DNA of 64,000 nucleotides from Pseudomonadota bacterium (GCA_043827005.1 JBDRPM010000028.1:27006-91005); one strand, 5' to 3'; counted from the stretch's first letter, positions 20,540 through 31,281 are shown. Numbers and translations are program-made. The notes: a model not told the origin generated them from the sequence alone.

Positions 20540-21349
20540 ATGACACAGTTTAAAAATGCCATGGAAGTTTTCAGGCTGCTGCCCAAAACCAATTGCAGAA
20601 AATGTAATGACACAACCTGTCTTGCCTTTGCATCAAAGGTTTTTTTAGGACAAAAAAACCTGGATCAATGCCCTTATGTTGAATCACAGGTTTTAAACAT
20701 CTACCAGGGCCAGTCCAAAACCCAAAATCTGGTTGAACAGCAGCAGGAAACCTTGCTCAAGGAATTGAAACAGCAGATTGCTGCCTGTGATTTAAAAGCA
20801 GCTGCCCAAAGGACAGGAGGTGTATGGGCCAATGGAAAACTGACCCTCAGAATTTTTGGCAAACCGTTTTCCATCAATAACCAGGGGGAAATGTTTTCTG
20901 ATATTCATATCAATCCCTGGATTACATCCACTGTGCTGGGGTATGTCCTTGCCTGCAAAGGGGTTGCCTTAACCGGCAAATGGCTGCCATTCAGGGAACT
21001 GGACGGCGGAAGGGAAAAAAACGGATTGTTTGTTCAGCGGTCGGAAAATTCATTTAAGCAGATTGCAGATCAATACACTGGTTTTTTTGAGGACCTTATT
21101 TTATTGTTCAATGGCCAGAAAACCGACAACCTGTTTGAATCAGATATCTCTTTGGTTCTTTCTCCTTTGCCGAAACTGCCGATACTGGTCTGTTACTGGA
21201 AACCTGAAGAAGAGATGGCCTCTGATCTTCATCTGTTCTTTGATTCATCCGCCAATACCAATGCCACCATTGATATTGTCTATGGCATTGCCGCAGGAAT
21301 TGTGACCATGTTTGAAAAAATTTCCCAGCGCCATGGAATTGCGGGATAA
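20540..21349 (+). CDS. Fe-S cluster domain plus DUF3786-like protein
   Basis: N-terminal [18 protein letters not shown] 4Fe-4S motif; C-terminal W.PFREL.GG and [10 protein letters not shown]. Confidence 0.75.
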   Translation: MTQFKNAMEVFRLLPKTNCRKCNDTTCLAFASKVFLGQKNLDQCPYVESQVLNIYQGQSKTQNLVEQQQETLLKELKQQIAACDLKAAAQRTGGVWANGKLTLRIFGKPFSINNQGEMFSDIHINPWITSTVLGYVLACKGVALTGKWLPFRELDGGREKNGLFVQRSENSFKQIADQYTGFFEDLILLFNGQKTDNLFESDISLVLSPLPKLPILVCYWKPEEEMASDLHLFFDSSANTNATIDIVYGIAAGIVTMFEKISQRHGIAG

Positions 21350-21451
21350 AAAAAAGCCTGTCACCCTTTACGTTCCCGGCAAAAAGAACAGGTGACAGGC
21401 TTGGAAAAGGAAATCTTATCCTTTTTCGGGGGATAAAAAGGATAAGATTCC
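21350..21451. terminator. Tandem hairpins between convergent genes (terminators)
   Basis: AAGCCTGTCACC/GGTGACAGGCTT with A-tract on the left, and ATCTTATCCTTTT/AAAAGGATAAGAT. Confidence 0.6.
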
Positions 21452-21473
21452 AGGTTTGCAAAAACGGTTATGA

Positions 21474-22796
21474 TTAATGATTCATTGTAAAATCCGGGTA
21501 TGCATTACCACCATGTTCAACTGAATCAAGTCCTTCCATTTCTTCTTCTTTGGTTACTCTCAGCCCAATGGTCTTATCCACAACCTTGAACAGAATAAAT
21601 GCCAGGGGAAAAACCCAGAGAAAACAGGCTGCAATACCGATTAATTGAACAGAAATGATTTTCATTGTAAACCCGCCAATATTGAACAGACCGGCTGCAA
21701 GCGTACCCCAGGCACCACATACACCGTGGACAGAAACCGCACCAACCGGGTCATCAATTCTGATTTTATCAAAGAAAACAACTGAGAACACGACAATGAT
21801 GCCGGCGATAGCACCGATTATAATGGCACTGGACGGGGTTACATTGGCACAACCGGCTGTAATACCAACCAGACCTGCCAGGGCACCATTTAAACTCATA
21901 TCAGCTTCCGGTTTTCCAAATTTCATCCATGATGTGATCATGGCCATAATGGCACCGGCTGCTGCAGCCAGATTCGTGTTCACAAAAATCATGGCAATGC
22001 TTTTATCGGCAACAGTTGTAGAACCCGGGTTAAATCCAAACCATCCCAGCCAGAGAACAAACACACCAACTGCGGCAAGGGGGATATTGTGACCTAAAAT
22101 CGGTTTTACTTTGCCATCAGCAGTGTATTTTCCAATTCTTGGGCCCAGTACGATAGTGCCGGCAAGCGCTGCCCAACCACCCACGGAATGAACCACGGTT
22201 GATCCTGCAAAATCGATAAATCCAAGACTTTCAAGCCAACCGCTGCCATTAAACAGACTTCCCCATGCCCATGATCCGAAGATCGGATATATTAAAGCTG
22301 AAATAAAAATTGAGTAAGTAATATAGCCAACAAATTTTGTGCGTTCTGCCATGGCACCGGAGACAATTGTGGCAGCAGTGGCAGCAAACACGACCTGAAA
22401 CATCCAGAATGCCAATACCCATGGATCTCCATCAACACTGAAATCACTTAAAAAGAAACCGGTCGTACCAAACCAGCCGGTTTTAGATGCTCCAAACATA
22501 AGACCAAAACCAATGCAAAAGAAAGCAATTGAACCAATTGAAAAATCCATCAGGTTTTTCATCATAATATTGACAGCATTTTTGGCCCGGGTAAATCCGG
22601 CTTCCACCATGGCAAACCCGGCCTGCATAAAAAACACCATCATGGCCGCAACAAGGGTCCACATATAATTGGCATGGGTCTGAACCAGATCAATAGCGTC
22701 TTTATTGGAAATAACAGTAGGTGCTTCATCTCCTGCCCAGGTGGTTGACAAACAAGCGATTAAAACAATAACGATATAAGCTAATTTCTTTTTCAT
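21474..22796 (-). CDS. amtB: Ammonium transporter
   Basis: FFMQAGFAMVEAG, IVSGAMAER, DFAGSTVVH, GWFGFNPGS, DDPVGAVSVHG. Confidence 0.96.
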   Translation of the reverse strand: MKKKLAYIVIVLIACLSTTWAGDEAPTVISNKDAIDLVQTHANYMWTLVAAMMVFFMQAGFAMVEAGFTRAKNAVNIMMKNLMDFSIGSIAFFCIGFGLMFGASKTGWFGTTGFFLSDFSVDGDPWVLAFWMFQVVFAATAATIVSGAMAERTKFVGYITYSIFISALIYPIFGSWAWGSLFNGSGWLESLGFIDFAGSTVVHSVGGWAALAGTIVLGPRIGKYTADGKVKPILGHNIPLAAVGVFVLWLGWFGFNPGSTTVADKSIAMIFVNTNLAAAAGAIMAMITSWMKFGKPEADMSLNGALAGLVGITAGCANVTPSSAIIIGAIAGIIVVFSVVFFDKIRIDDPVGAVSVHGVCGAWGTLAAGLFNIGGFTMKIISVQLIGIAACFLWVFPLAFILFKVVDKTIGLRVTKEEEMEGLDSVEHGGNAYPDFTMNH

Positions 22797-22817
22797 TTTT
22801 TCTTTCTCCTTTTAAGG

Positions 22818-23174
<357 letters not shown>

Positions 23175-23219
23175 TTAAATAAAAAAAACATTTGTTTTGA
23201 AACATTTAATTTATCTAAG

Positions 23220-23235
23220 AGCAAAACAGATGCCA
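23220..23235 (-). promoter_or_regulatory. Sigma-54 promoter of glnK-amtB
   Basis: TGGCATCTGTTTTGCT matches TGGCAC-N5-TTGC with correct GG/GC spacing. Confidence 0.8.
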
Positions 23236-23345
23236 CATTGGAAAAAATATTTAAAAAAACATTTAACATGCTTGATTAATAGAATATTTAAAATTTTCAA
23301 TAAATATTTAGTTTGGCTAAAACGATTAGATAAATAAATTAAATA

Positions 23346-23380
23346 AACATTTTTGTTACATAAATAGACACAAAAATGTT
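23346..23380. promoter_or_regulatory. Candidate enhancer (UAS) for the glnK promoter
   Basis: Perfect 11-bp inverted repeat AACATTTTTGT-N13-ACAAAAATGTT about 110-145 bp upstream of the -24 box. Confidence 0.55.
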
Positions 23381-23458
23381 ATTTATTTTCTATTAAAAGA
23401 AAATTCATCACTCAAATTGAATTGTTTTTTCAGGTATTCAAAATTGTTTTGTGAGGGT

Positions 23459-24538
23459 TCATCTTCTACCCAATATCATGGACGACAAAGGGTCTCCATT
23501 CGAATACCCCATCGAAAACCGTTTTTGGACAAAAGAAAGTGCGGCTAATTTCAAAGAAATCCATGGAAATCGATAAAAACAACCAGCGCTAAGATCGTAC
23601 AATCGTAAATCAGTCTGGATAGATTTTAACAGGTTTGCATACTCATTTTTTACAGATGAAGACGTTTTGCTTGTGTTTAATATTGCTGCTGCTGCAGCCT
23701 GGCCGCTTTTCAAGGCAAAATAAATCCCCTCTCCAAACAGCACTTCTGCAAATCCTGCTGCATCGCCTGCCAGGAGAATCCGATGGGATTGCGGGCAATA
23801 CGATACCCCTCCTGTGCAGATGGGATATCCTTTTATATTTTCAAGCCTGGCCATGCCCACCCGATTTTCGACAAACTCAAGCAAATACCGACGGCTCGGT
23901 CGTTGATGTGGATCAACAGAATACAGTCCAACATTCAAATGGTCGTCTTTGGGGAAAATCCAGAAGTAACCTTTTTTATTTCCGGAAAAATCAAATTCCA
24001 TTGGAAATTGATCCAATTGATCAACTCTGACATCTGCCTCAATTGCAAATTGTCGTTTATAAAACTTCTTTTTTGTAACAAACCTTCGAACCGAGGAATT
24101 TGCACCATCAGCACCGATCAGATAAGCAGCCTTAAAATTGCCCGAATCAGTGCGGATCTCCACAAAAGCAGGCGCCTCATCAATAGATACAATCTTATTG
24201 GCAACCATAAATTGAGCGCCTTTTTCCATAACTTTTTTTAATGAAAAATAATCAAGCTCCTGGCGATTGGTCATATAGCACAATGTTTTTTCTGCCGTGA
24301 TTAAAAACGCTTTGTCTTTTTTCGATTTGATTCTGACAGAGGAACATTCACGCTTGACCATGGATGAAATGTCATATTTAAACAGATGGTATCCTTTGGG
24401 CGTAATCCCTCCGGCACAGGGTTTTTTTCTGGGAAATTCATATTTATCAAGAATGAGTACCTTCATCCCTTTTTCAAGAAGATCAAAGGCAGCGGCAGTG
24501 CCGGCCGGTCCGGCCCCCACAATTACAACATCAAACAT
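23459..24538 (-). CDS. Geranylgeranyl reductase family FAD-dependent oxidoreductase
   Basis: GAGPAG, FPRKKPCAGG, GADGANS, GY.WIFPK, GDAAG..GEGIYFA. Confidence 0.88.
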   Translation of the reverse strand: MFDVVIVGAGPAGTAAAFDLLEKGMKVLILDKYEFPRKKPCAGGITPKGYHLFKYDISSMVKRECSSVRIKSKKDKAFLITAEKTLCYMTNRQELDYFSLKKVMEKGAQFMVANKIVSIDEAPAFVEIRTDSGNFKAAYLIGADGANSSVRRFVTKKKFYKRQFAIEADVRVDQLDQFPMEFDFSGNKKGYFWIFPKDDHLNVGLYSVDPHQRPSRRYLLEFVENRVGMARLENIKGYPICTGGVSYCPQSHRILLAGDAAGFAEVLFGEGIYFALKSGQAAAAAILNTSKTSSSVKNEYANLLKSIQTDLRLYDLSAGCFYRFPWISLKLAALSFVQKRFSMGYSNGDPLSSMILGRR

Positions 24539-24554
24539 CTGAATTTGAGTTTTC

Positions 24555-24629
24555 CTTTTTTATTTCAAACAGATCATTCGATTGAATTTTTCCATGTTTT
24601 GTTGAGCCATGGCAGGGCATGGCCGTTAT
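24555..24629 (-). repeat. Dispersed repeat, short variant copy 4
   Basis: Minus strand ATAACGGCCATG-ccctgc-CATGGC-TCAACAAAACATGGAAAAATT shares the 5' and central motifs of the other copies. Confidence 0.5.
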
Positions 24630-24761
24630 TCAAAAAGATCCACAATCTGTTTTTTTACTTGCCCCGTCTGAGCCAGGGCAATCGATATTAAACAGATCCT
24701 GCTGGCTTTTGTGTAAAGAATAAGTGGAAAATCCGCTGCCTGTATTTATTCTTAAGCTCAT
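24626..24761 (-). pseudogene. Collapsed flagellin-like gene relic (N- and C-terminal ends only)
   Basis: GGAG SD, then MSLRINT..; a different frame ends IALAQTGQVKKQIVDLFE-stop, resembling the flagellin C-terminal LAQA..Q.V..L pattern. Confidence 0.55.
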
Positions 24762-24946
24762 CTCTCCGCTCCTGAAAGGTTCAAAGTTCAGTCATAAGTA
24801 TAAGGAATCAGACAGATAAATCAAACAAAAAAACATCTCCCTGCTTTATCAGACAAAATTTTTGTCCTAAAAAGGGATAGACACAACTATACATAAGGGT
24901 TATTCTAAAAAACCGATTTTGTTTACCAGATGGAGCCTAAAATGCT

Positions 24947-26077
24947 ATGAAAGAAATCCGGTTTTTTTATGATACCCTTGCTGATCTGCCATCCCTGGCC
25001 GAACAAATCAAACAGACCAACACCCATATCATTGGATATCTGTGTTCCTATGTGCCTGAAGAATTAATCCTGGCTGCCGGGTTTCATCCCATGCGACTTT
25101 TTCCATCTCACTTGAGCATCCTTCTGGCTGACAACCATTTGCAATCATATTGCTGCTCCCCGGTAAAAGGAATACTTGAAGACAGCCTGGCAGGACGGCT
25201 TGATTTTCTCTATGGAATCGTTTTTCCCCAGACCTGTGACACCATCCAACGCCTCAGCGACATCTGGCGCTTGAACTCCAGATATACATTTTTTGCAGAC
25301 CTGATCTGGCCTGTTAAATTAAACACCGTAAGTTCTTATGAATATGTCATGGATATCTTAAAGCGTTTTAAACAAGAACTTGAAACCGTGTCTGACAAAC
25401 CAGTTTCAGATTCAGATCTTAAGTCTGCCATCAAAATAACCAACTCAATCCGGGACAACATCAGCAGGCTGTATCAACTAAAGGCATCATTTCCCGAAAC
25501 CCTTGCATCCAATGATCTGTACACCATTATAAAAGGCTCCATGATCATGGACCGGACAAGTGTTGCCCGGCACTTACCGGTTATTGTTAAAAACCTGAAA
25601 AAGAAAATAAAGCTGAAAAAGAAAAAAACCATGGGGCACACTGGAAAACGAATCATTATCTCAGGGTCAATGTGTGATTTTCCAGCATTGGTCCGGACCA
25701 TTGAAACTGCGGGCGGTTTTATTGTCGGGGATGATTTCTGCACAGGCCAGCGCTGGTTTGACCATCAAATTGAAACAGACCATGATCCACTTGCTGCCAT
25801 AGCCCAGCGATATATCAATCGGATGTCCTGCCCGGCCAAACACACTTCATTAAACACTCGAAAAGATCAGGTTCTTATGCTGGTAGAAAATCTTAAAGCA
25901 GATGGGGTTGTTTTTTTGCTCACAAAATTCTGCGATCCCCATGCCTTTGATTACCCTTATATCAAAACAGTTCTGGATTCTAAAAACATAAAAAATATCT
26001 GTATCGAAATTGATGACCCAGGCCAGGGTTCCGGTCAAATCAGCACCCGGATGGAAACCTTTATCCAGATGATATAA
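24947..26077 (+). CDS. 2-hydroxyacyl-CoA dehydratase / class I benzoyl-CoA reductase-like subunit (HgdB/BcrC-like)
   Basis: YVPEELILAAG, QSYCC, TCD, DDFCTG.R, KFCDPH.FDYP, TRMETF. Confidence 0.85.
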   Translation: MKEIRFFYDTLADLPSLAEQIKQTNTHIIGYLCSYVPEELILAAGFHPMRLFPSHLSILLADNHLQSYCCSPVKGILEDSLAGRLDFLYGIVFPQTCDTIQRLSDIWRLNSRYTFFADLIWPVKLNTVSSYEYVMDILKRFKQELETVSDKPVSDSDLKSAIKITNSIRDNISRLYQLKASFPETLASNDLYTIIKGSMIMDRTSVARHLPVIVKNLKKKIKLKKKKTMGHTGKRIIISGSMCDFPALVRTIETAGGFIVGDDFCTGQRWFDHQIETDHDPLAAIAQRYINRMSCPAKHTSLNTRKDQVLMLVENLKADGVVFLLTKFCDPHAFDYPYIKTVLDSKNIKNICIEIDDPGQGSGQISTRMETFIQMI

Positions 26078-26164
26078 CGGCCATGGGCAGCCTTGGTATT
26101 TTACCCTGGCCGGCCCGCAACAAAAAATGAAAGAATTAAGTGAGTTGACCTGTTCTTTCATATA
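26073..26164 (+). repeat. Dispersed two-hairpin repeat, copy 2
   Basis: TATAACGGCCATGGGCAGCCTTGG..CCGGCCCGCAACAAAAAATGAAAGAA..TTCTTTCATATA; begins at the upstream TAA stop. Confidence 0.75.
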
Positions 26165-26172
26165 AAAAGAAT

Positions 26173-27459
26173 ATGACCACACCAGAAAAGGACGATCTTG
26201 TGCAAAAAGAAGACATGACCCGGGAAAACCCGGCTGCAAAAAAAACTGATTCGCAAAAAATAAAATCAGTTAAAAAAATGCGGGATATCATGACCACGTA
26301 TTATCTGGATGCCCTGAGTGCCGGACAAAACAACAAGCTGGTGGCATGGATCACTTCTGGCGGCCCTGTTGAACCATTGCTGGCAATGGATATTATCCCG
26401 GTCTATCCGGAAAATCACGGTGCCATGATCGGATCATCCAAAATGGGTGGGGATCTGTGCAACAAAGCCACAGACATGGGATACAGCCCTGACCTGTGCT
26501 CCTATGCCCGGGCCGACATTGCCTGTTCTGTGGTCAAAGGCGGGCCCATTGGCGGACTTCCCAGGCCGGACATGCTTATATGCTGCAATAATATCTGCTC
26601 CACTGTGATCAAGTGGTATGAAATTCAGGCCAGATTTTTTGATGTCCCTCTTTTTATCCTGGATACCCCGTTATGTCATACTCAATATACTGCTGAAATC
26701 TCAAAATATGTCCGTGCCCAGCTTGACGAATATATTGTTTTTCTGGAAACCAGGACCAAAAAAAAATTTGATCATGACCGGCTCAGCCAGGTCGGAAAAC
26801 TGTCCATCCAGGCCCAGCAACTCTGGCAAAAAGCACTTAACACCTGTGTGAACAAGCCATCACCCATGTCAGCCTTTGATGCCTTCTTTTTTTTGGCACT
26901 CATTGTCACCTTAAGAGGCACCCCTGTTGTGATTGATTTTTATACCCTTCTGATCCAGGAAATGGAAGAACGTGTCGCCCTTGGCATTGGCAAGGTTCCC
27001 AATGAGCAATACCGCCTGTTATGGGACAATCTGCCCATCTGGTACCAGCTCAAATGGCTGTCCGGTAAATTCAGCGATCATAATGCCTGCCTTGTGGCTG
27101 ACACCTACACCTCTGCCTGGTGCAGTGCCTTAACCCATATGGATGAGGATCATTTTTTAGATTCCATGGCCCAGGCCTATACCCGGATATATCTGAATAT
27201 CGGGATAGATCAGATGGCAGAACAGATCCTTTCCATGATCAGGTTTTATGATATTCATGGGTTGATCATGCATTCCAACCGATCCTGCAAACCCTACTCT
27301 TTCGGACAGATGGATATCATGAAGATTGTACAGAAAAAAGCAGGAATCCCGGTTTTAATGTTTGAAGCAGACATGCTGGACTCGAATCATTTTTCACAAT
27401 CCCAGACTGAAACCCGAATCGACGCATTCATGGAAATGATGGAGATGAAACACTCATGA
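26173..27459 (+). CDS. 2-hydroxyacyl-CoA dehydratase / class I benzoyl-CoA reductase-like subunit (HgdA/BcrB-like)
   Basis: YPENH, DLCSYAR, NNICSTVIKWYE, HSNRSCKPYS, TRIDAFME. Confidence 0.85.
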   Translation: MTTPEKDDLVQKEDMTRENPAAKKTDSQKIKSVKKMRDIMTTYYLDALSAGQNNKLVAWITSGGPVEPLLAMDIIPVYPENHGAMIGSSKMGGDLCNKATDMGYSPDLCSYARADIACSVVKGGPIGGLPRPDMLICCNNICSTVIKWYEIQARFFDVPLFILDTPLCHTQYTAEISKYVRAQLDEYIVFLETRTKKKFDHDRLSQVGKLSIQAQQLWQKALNTCVNKPSPMSAFDAFFFLALIVTLRGTPVVIDFYTLLIQEMEERVALGIGKVPNEQYRLLWDNLPIWYQLKWLSGKFSDHNACLVADTYTSAWCSALTHMDEDHFLDSMAQAYTRIYLNIGIDQMAEQILSMIRFYDIHGLIMHSNRSCKPYSFGQMDIMKIVQKKAGIPVLMFEADMLDSNHFSQSQTETRIDAFMEMMEMKHS

Positions 27460-28238
27460 TCTTTGCTGGAATTGATATCGGTTCAAACACAACCAAAGCT
27501 GCCCTGCTGGAAAACAATCAGATTATTGCCACCCATATCCTTTCTTCCGGATATCAGCATGCAGATACTGCTGATACAATATTAAAGGCTTTGTTAAACA
27601 AAGCGCACCGATCTGAATCAGATATAAAAACCATCATTTCGACTGGCTATGGCCGCAAGAGTGTCTCCTTTGCGGACAAAGCCATGACTGAAATCATCTG
27701 TCACGCAGCTGGTGCTCATTTTATCAATCCCCATATCCGAGGCATTATCGATGTCGGGGGCCAGGACAGTAAAGCCATCAGCCTTGATGAAAACGCAAAT
27801 GTGAATAATTTTGCCATGAATGATAAATGTGCTGCCGGCACCGGCCGTTTTATAGAGGTCATGGCCCGAACTTTGAATGTTTTGCTGGATCACATGGGCC
27901 AGTTAAGTCTTTGTTCAGCGCATCCATCAAAAATCAGTGCTGTCTGTACTGTTTTTGCAGAATCAGAAGTTATTTCAATGATTGCCAAGCAGGAAAAAAG
28001 AGAAGATATCATTGCCGGCATCCATGAAGCGGCTGCCGCACGTATTATCGCCCTTGCAACCAGAATCCAGATAAAAGAACCCATCATGATGACCGGTGGG
28101 GTTGCAAAAAATATCGGCATGGTTGCTGCCCTTGAAAAGCGATTGAACCTTCAATTGATTATTGACCCCCTGGCCCAGGAAACCGGCGCAATCGGTGCGG
28201 CCGTCATTGCATCCAGGCAAAAATTCTCAAGACCATAA
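27456..28238 (+). CDS. CoA-substrate-specific enzyme activator (ASKHA ATPase, HgdC-like)
   Basis: GIDIGS.TTK, TGYGR, EIICHA, DVGGQDSK, MNDKCAAGTGRF, CTVFAESE, GGVAKN. Confidence 0.92.
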   Translation: MIFAGIDIGSNTTKAALLENNQIIATHILSSGYQHADTADTILKALLNKAHRSESDIKTIISTGYGRKSVSFADKAMTEIICHAAGAHFINPHIRGIIDVGGQDSKAISLDENANVNNFAMNDKCAAGTGRFIEVMARTLNVLLDHMGQLSLCSAHPSKISAVCTVFAESEVISMIAKQEKREDIIAGIHEAAAARIIALATRIQIKEPIMMTGGVAKNIGMVAALEKRLNLQLIIDPLAQETGAIGAAVIASRQKFSRP

Positions 28239-28245
28239 CCCTACA

Positions 28246-28334
28246 AGCAACCATGAGCCGCCCTGGTATTTTTCCTTGATCTGCCCACAACAAATCATGT
28301 AAGAATTTATAAGCTTGGCAAGTTTTTTCACATA
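28246..28334 (+). repeat. Dispersed two-hairpin repeat, degenerate copy 3
   Basis: CCATGAGCCGCCCTGGTATTTT..CTGCCCACAACAAATCATGTAAGAATT..TTTTTCACATA. Confidence 0.65.
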
Positions 28335-28391
28335 AAAGCCATGATCAAAAAAGAAATCAATTGACCCTTATTCCTTGTTTGTATTACATGT

Positions 28392-29459
28392 ATGGTCATG
28401 AAAATCAAAAAAAAGTTATCTGAAAAAACCGGGCTCTCTCCTGGAACACTCATCCATGTGGGAGAGAAAAAAACAGGCCAGATAAGAATCCGAATCGTGG
28501 ATTATGATTCTGAACAAATCCGTGAGGAAGAGGTGACACAGATTGAGGCCTGCTTTCCTTTCAAAGATGAACCCAGCATCACATGGATCAATATCGATGG
28601 TCTGCATGATCTTGCACTCATCGAAAAAGTCGGTGCCAATTTTGATGTTCACCCGCTGATTTTAGAAGATATCGTTCACACCGGTACCCGTCCCAAAATT
28701 GAAGAATTTGATAATTATATTTTTATTGTTTTCAAAATGCTTTGTTACGATGAAAAAAAAGACGAAATAGTGCAAGATCAATTAAGCCTCCTTCTGGGTA
28801 AAAACTTTGTAATTTCTTTCCAGGAAAGACCAGGAATCGTTTTTGATCCACTCAGAGAACGAATCAGAAATTCAAAAAACCGCATCCGGAAAAAAGGGGC
28901 TGACTATCTGGCCTATGCCATTATCGATACCGTGGTTGACAACTATTTTATCATCCTTGAACACCTTGAGAATAAAATTGAAGAATTGGACGAAGCCCTT
29001 TCCACATCCATGTCCAAAGAGATATTTCATTTCATTAATGATATGAAAAGGAAATTAATTGCCCTTCGAAAAGCGGTTTCACCGATCAGGGAACTGATTA
29101 ATTCCATTCAAGGGCAAGATTTTGATCTGATAGAACAAACCAACCTGATATTTTTTAAGGATATCAATGACCATGTTATTCAAATACTGGAAAGCATTGA
29201 TACCTGTCGGGAGCTGGCTTTCGGACTTCATGATATTTTCCTGACAAATGTCAATAACAGGATGAATGAAATCATGAAAACTTTGACCATAACCGCAACC
29301 ATTTTCATTCCCCTGACATTTATCGCTGGAATTTACGGCATGAATTTTAAATATATGCCGGAACTGGAATTAAAATGGGGGTATATGGGGTTCTGGGCAG
29401 TGATTATCGGAATGGTCGGTTTCATGTTTTATTATTTCAAAAAAAAAGACTGGCTGTGA
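28392..29459 (+). CDS. corA: Magnesium/cobalt transporter
   Basis: HPLILEDI, RPKIEEF, PLTFIAGIYGMNF (GMN signature), MPEL. Confidence 0.95.
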   Translation: MVMKIKKKLSEKTGLSPGTLIHVGEKKTGQIRIRIVDYDSEQIREEEVTQIEACFPFKDEPSITWINIDGLHDLALIEKVGANFDVHPLILEDIVHTGTRPKIEEFDNYIFIVFKMLCYDEKKDEIVQDQLSLLLGKNFVISFQERPGIVFDPLRERIRNSKNRIRKKGADYLAYAIIDTVVDNYFIILEHLENKIEELDEALSTSMSKEIFHFINDMKRKLIALRKAVSPIRELINSIQGQDFDLIEQTNLIFFKDINDHVIQILESIDTCRELAFGLHDIFLTNVNNRMNEIMKTLTITATIFIPLTFIAGIYGMNFKYMPELELKWGYMGFWAVIIGMVGFMFYYFKKKDWL

Positions 29460-29490
29460 CAGGCTTTTTTGAATTTCGGATTTTTCAATT

Positions 29491-31281
29491 ATGAAATCAG
29501 GACACCCCACATCATTTTCAATCCGTAAGATTCCTTTGCGTGTAAAATTGTTCCCGTTTTTGCTGTGGATCAAACGTATCAATCAACAATCCTTCCGGGC
29601 TGACCTTTCAGCCGGTCTGACAGGCACATTTATTGTCCTTCCCCAGGGTGTTTCGTTTGCATTAATTGCCGGGTTGCCACCAGAGTATGGCCTTTATACC
29701 GCCATTGTGCCACCGATTATTGCAGCGCTTTTCGGATCATCCTGGCATTTGATCAGCGGTCCCACCACTGCCCTTTCCATTGTTGTTTTTTCCACCCTCA
29801 GCCCTCTGGCAGAGCCGGGCACTGCCGGATATATTTCACTGGTTTTAACCCTAACCTTTCTGGCAGGCGTTTTTCAATTATTCTTTGGTCTGGCCAGGCT
29901 GGGATCAATACTCAATTTTGTTTCTCATTCGGTCATTGTCGGCTTTACGGCCGGTGCTGCCTGTCTTATTGCCACAGGCCAGATCAAATATGCAATGGGA
30001 ATTGATATACCCAACGGGTCCTCTTTTCTTGCATCCTTGCTGATCATTATAAAATCCCACGGACAGGTCAATGGATATGAACTGACTGTTTTCGGAATCA
30101 CCTTGATTTGCGGCATCATTTTTAAAACATTTCGACCCCGCTGGCCAGGTCTTCTTATTGCATTAATTTTCGGCAGTTTTAGTGCCATTATAATTCAAGG
30201 CAATGATCATGGGGTCAGACTTCTGGGTCCTTTGGCCGGGCATCTTCCGCCTTTGTCAAATCCTGACCTGAACTTTAATACCATCAGCATGCTCGGCCCG
30301 GGCGCACTTGCCATTGCACTGATGGGGCTCATTGAAGCATCTTCCATTGCCAGAGCCATCAGCGTGCACTCAAAACAGCACATTAACGGTAACCAGGAAT
30401 TTATCGGACAAGGTCTTTCCAATATTGCGGGCAGTTTTTTTTCAGGATATGCCAGTTCCGGCTCATTTACCCGATCCGGGGTTAATTATGAATCCGGTGC
30501 GATCACCCCTCTTTCCAGTATTTTATCAGCCCTTTTTCTTGTCGCTGTCATTTTGCTCATTGCTCCGCTGACCGCCTGGGTTCCGCTGTCAGCCATGGGA
30601 GGCATCATTCTTATTGTGGCATTCAAGCTGATTGATATCCACCATATCAGCAATATTTTTAAAACAAGCCTGTCCGAATCTTTTGTCCTGATCGTCACTT
30701 TCTGCGGCATGCTTTTATTTCAGATTGAATTTGCTATCTATACCGGTGTTCTTCTTTCTCTTGCGCTTTATCTGAGTCGAATGTCACATCCGCACATGGA
30801 ATTAATTCTCCCGAATACAGATGATCCGCGCCGGCCCATGAAAGCGTTTTCCAGCGATAAAACAGATGAATGCCCTCAACTGACAATCATCCGGATTGAT
30901 GGGTCCCTGTTTTTTGGAGCGGCCAATTATGTTTCTGACTTTTTTGAAGAAATTGACAGCGATCTGCCTGAATGTCTTCTAATCGTCAGTTCAGGAATCA
31001 GTTATATTGATATTTCAGGTGCAATGATGCTGGTTCAGGAAGCTCAAAGGCGAAAAGCCCTGGGTAAAAAACTGTATCTTAGTGGACTCAATCCGGAAAT
31101 CACAACCTTCCTGGAGCAGGGCGGATATATTCATGACATTGGAAGACAAAATATATTTAATTCAAAACAAGAAGCGCTTGCTAAAATCATTCCACTCCTT
31201 GAAAAGGATCTTTGCCAATCCTGCCCTTTAAAAATTTTTAATGAATGCCCCACTGATTCGAACCAGCAAAAAACAAATTAA
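29491..31281 (+). CDS. SulP family anion transporter with STAS domain
   Basis: PQGVSFA.IAGLPPEYGLY, GPT, NQEFIGQG, SGSFTRS, C-terminal DGSLFFG..DISG. Confidence 0.92.
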   Translation: MKSGHPTSFSIRKIPLRVKLFPFLLWIKRINQQSFRADLSAGLTGTFIVLPQGVSFALIAGLPPEYGLYTAIVPPIIAALFGSSWHLISGPTTALSIVVFSTLSPLAEPGTAGYISLVLTLTFLAGVFQLFFGLARLGSILNFVSHSVIVGFTAGAACLIATGQIKYAMGIDIPNGSSFLASLLIIIKSHGQVNGYELTVFGITLICGIIFKTFRPRWPGLLIALIFGSFSAIIIQGNDHGVRLLGPLAGHLPPLSNPDLNFNTISMLGPGALAIALMGLIEASSIARAISVHSKQHINGNQEFIGQGLSNIAGSFFSGYASSGSFTRSGVNYESGAITPLSSILSALFLVAVILLIAPLTAWVPLSAMGGIILIVAFKLIDIHHISNIFKTSLSESFVLIVTFCGMLLFQIEFAIYTGVLLSLALYLSRMSHPHMELILPNTDDPRRPMKAFSSDKTDECPQLTIIRIDGSLFFGAANYVSDFFEEIDSDLPECLLIVSSGISYIDISGAMMLVQEAQRRKALGKKLYLSGLNPEITTFLEQGGYIHDIGRQNIFNSKQEALAKIIPLLEKDLCQSCPLKIFNECPTDSNQQKTN

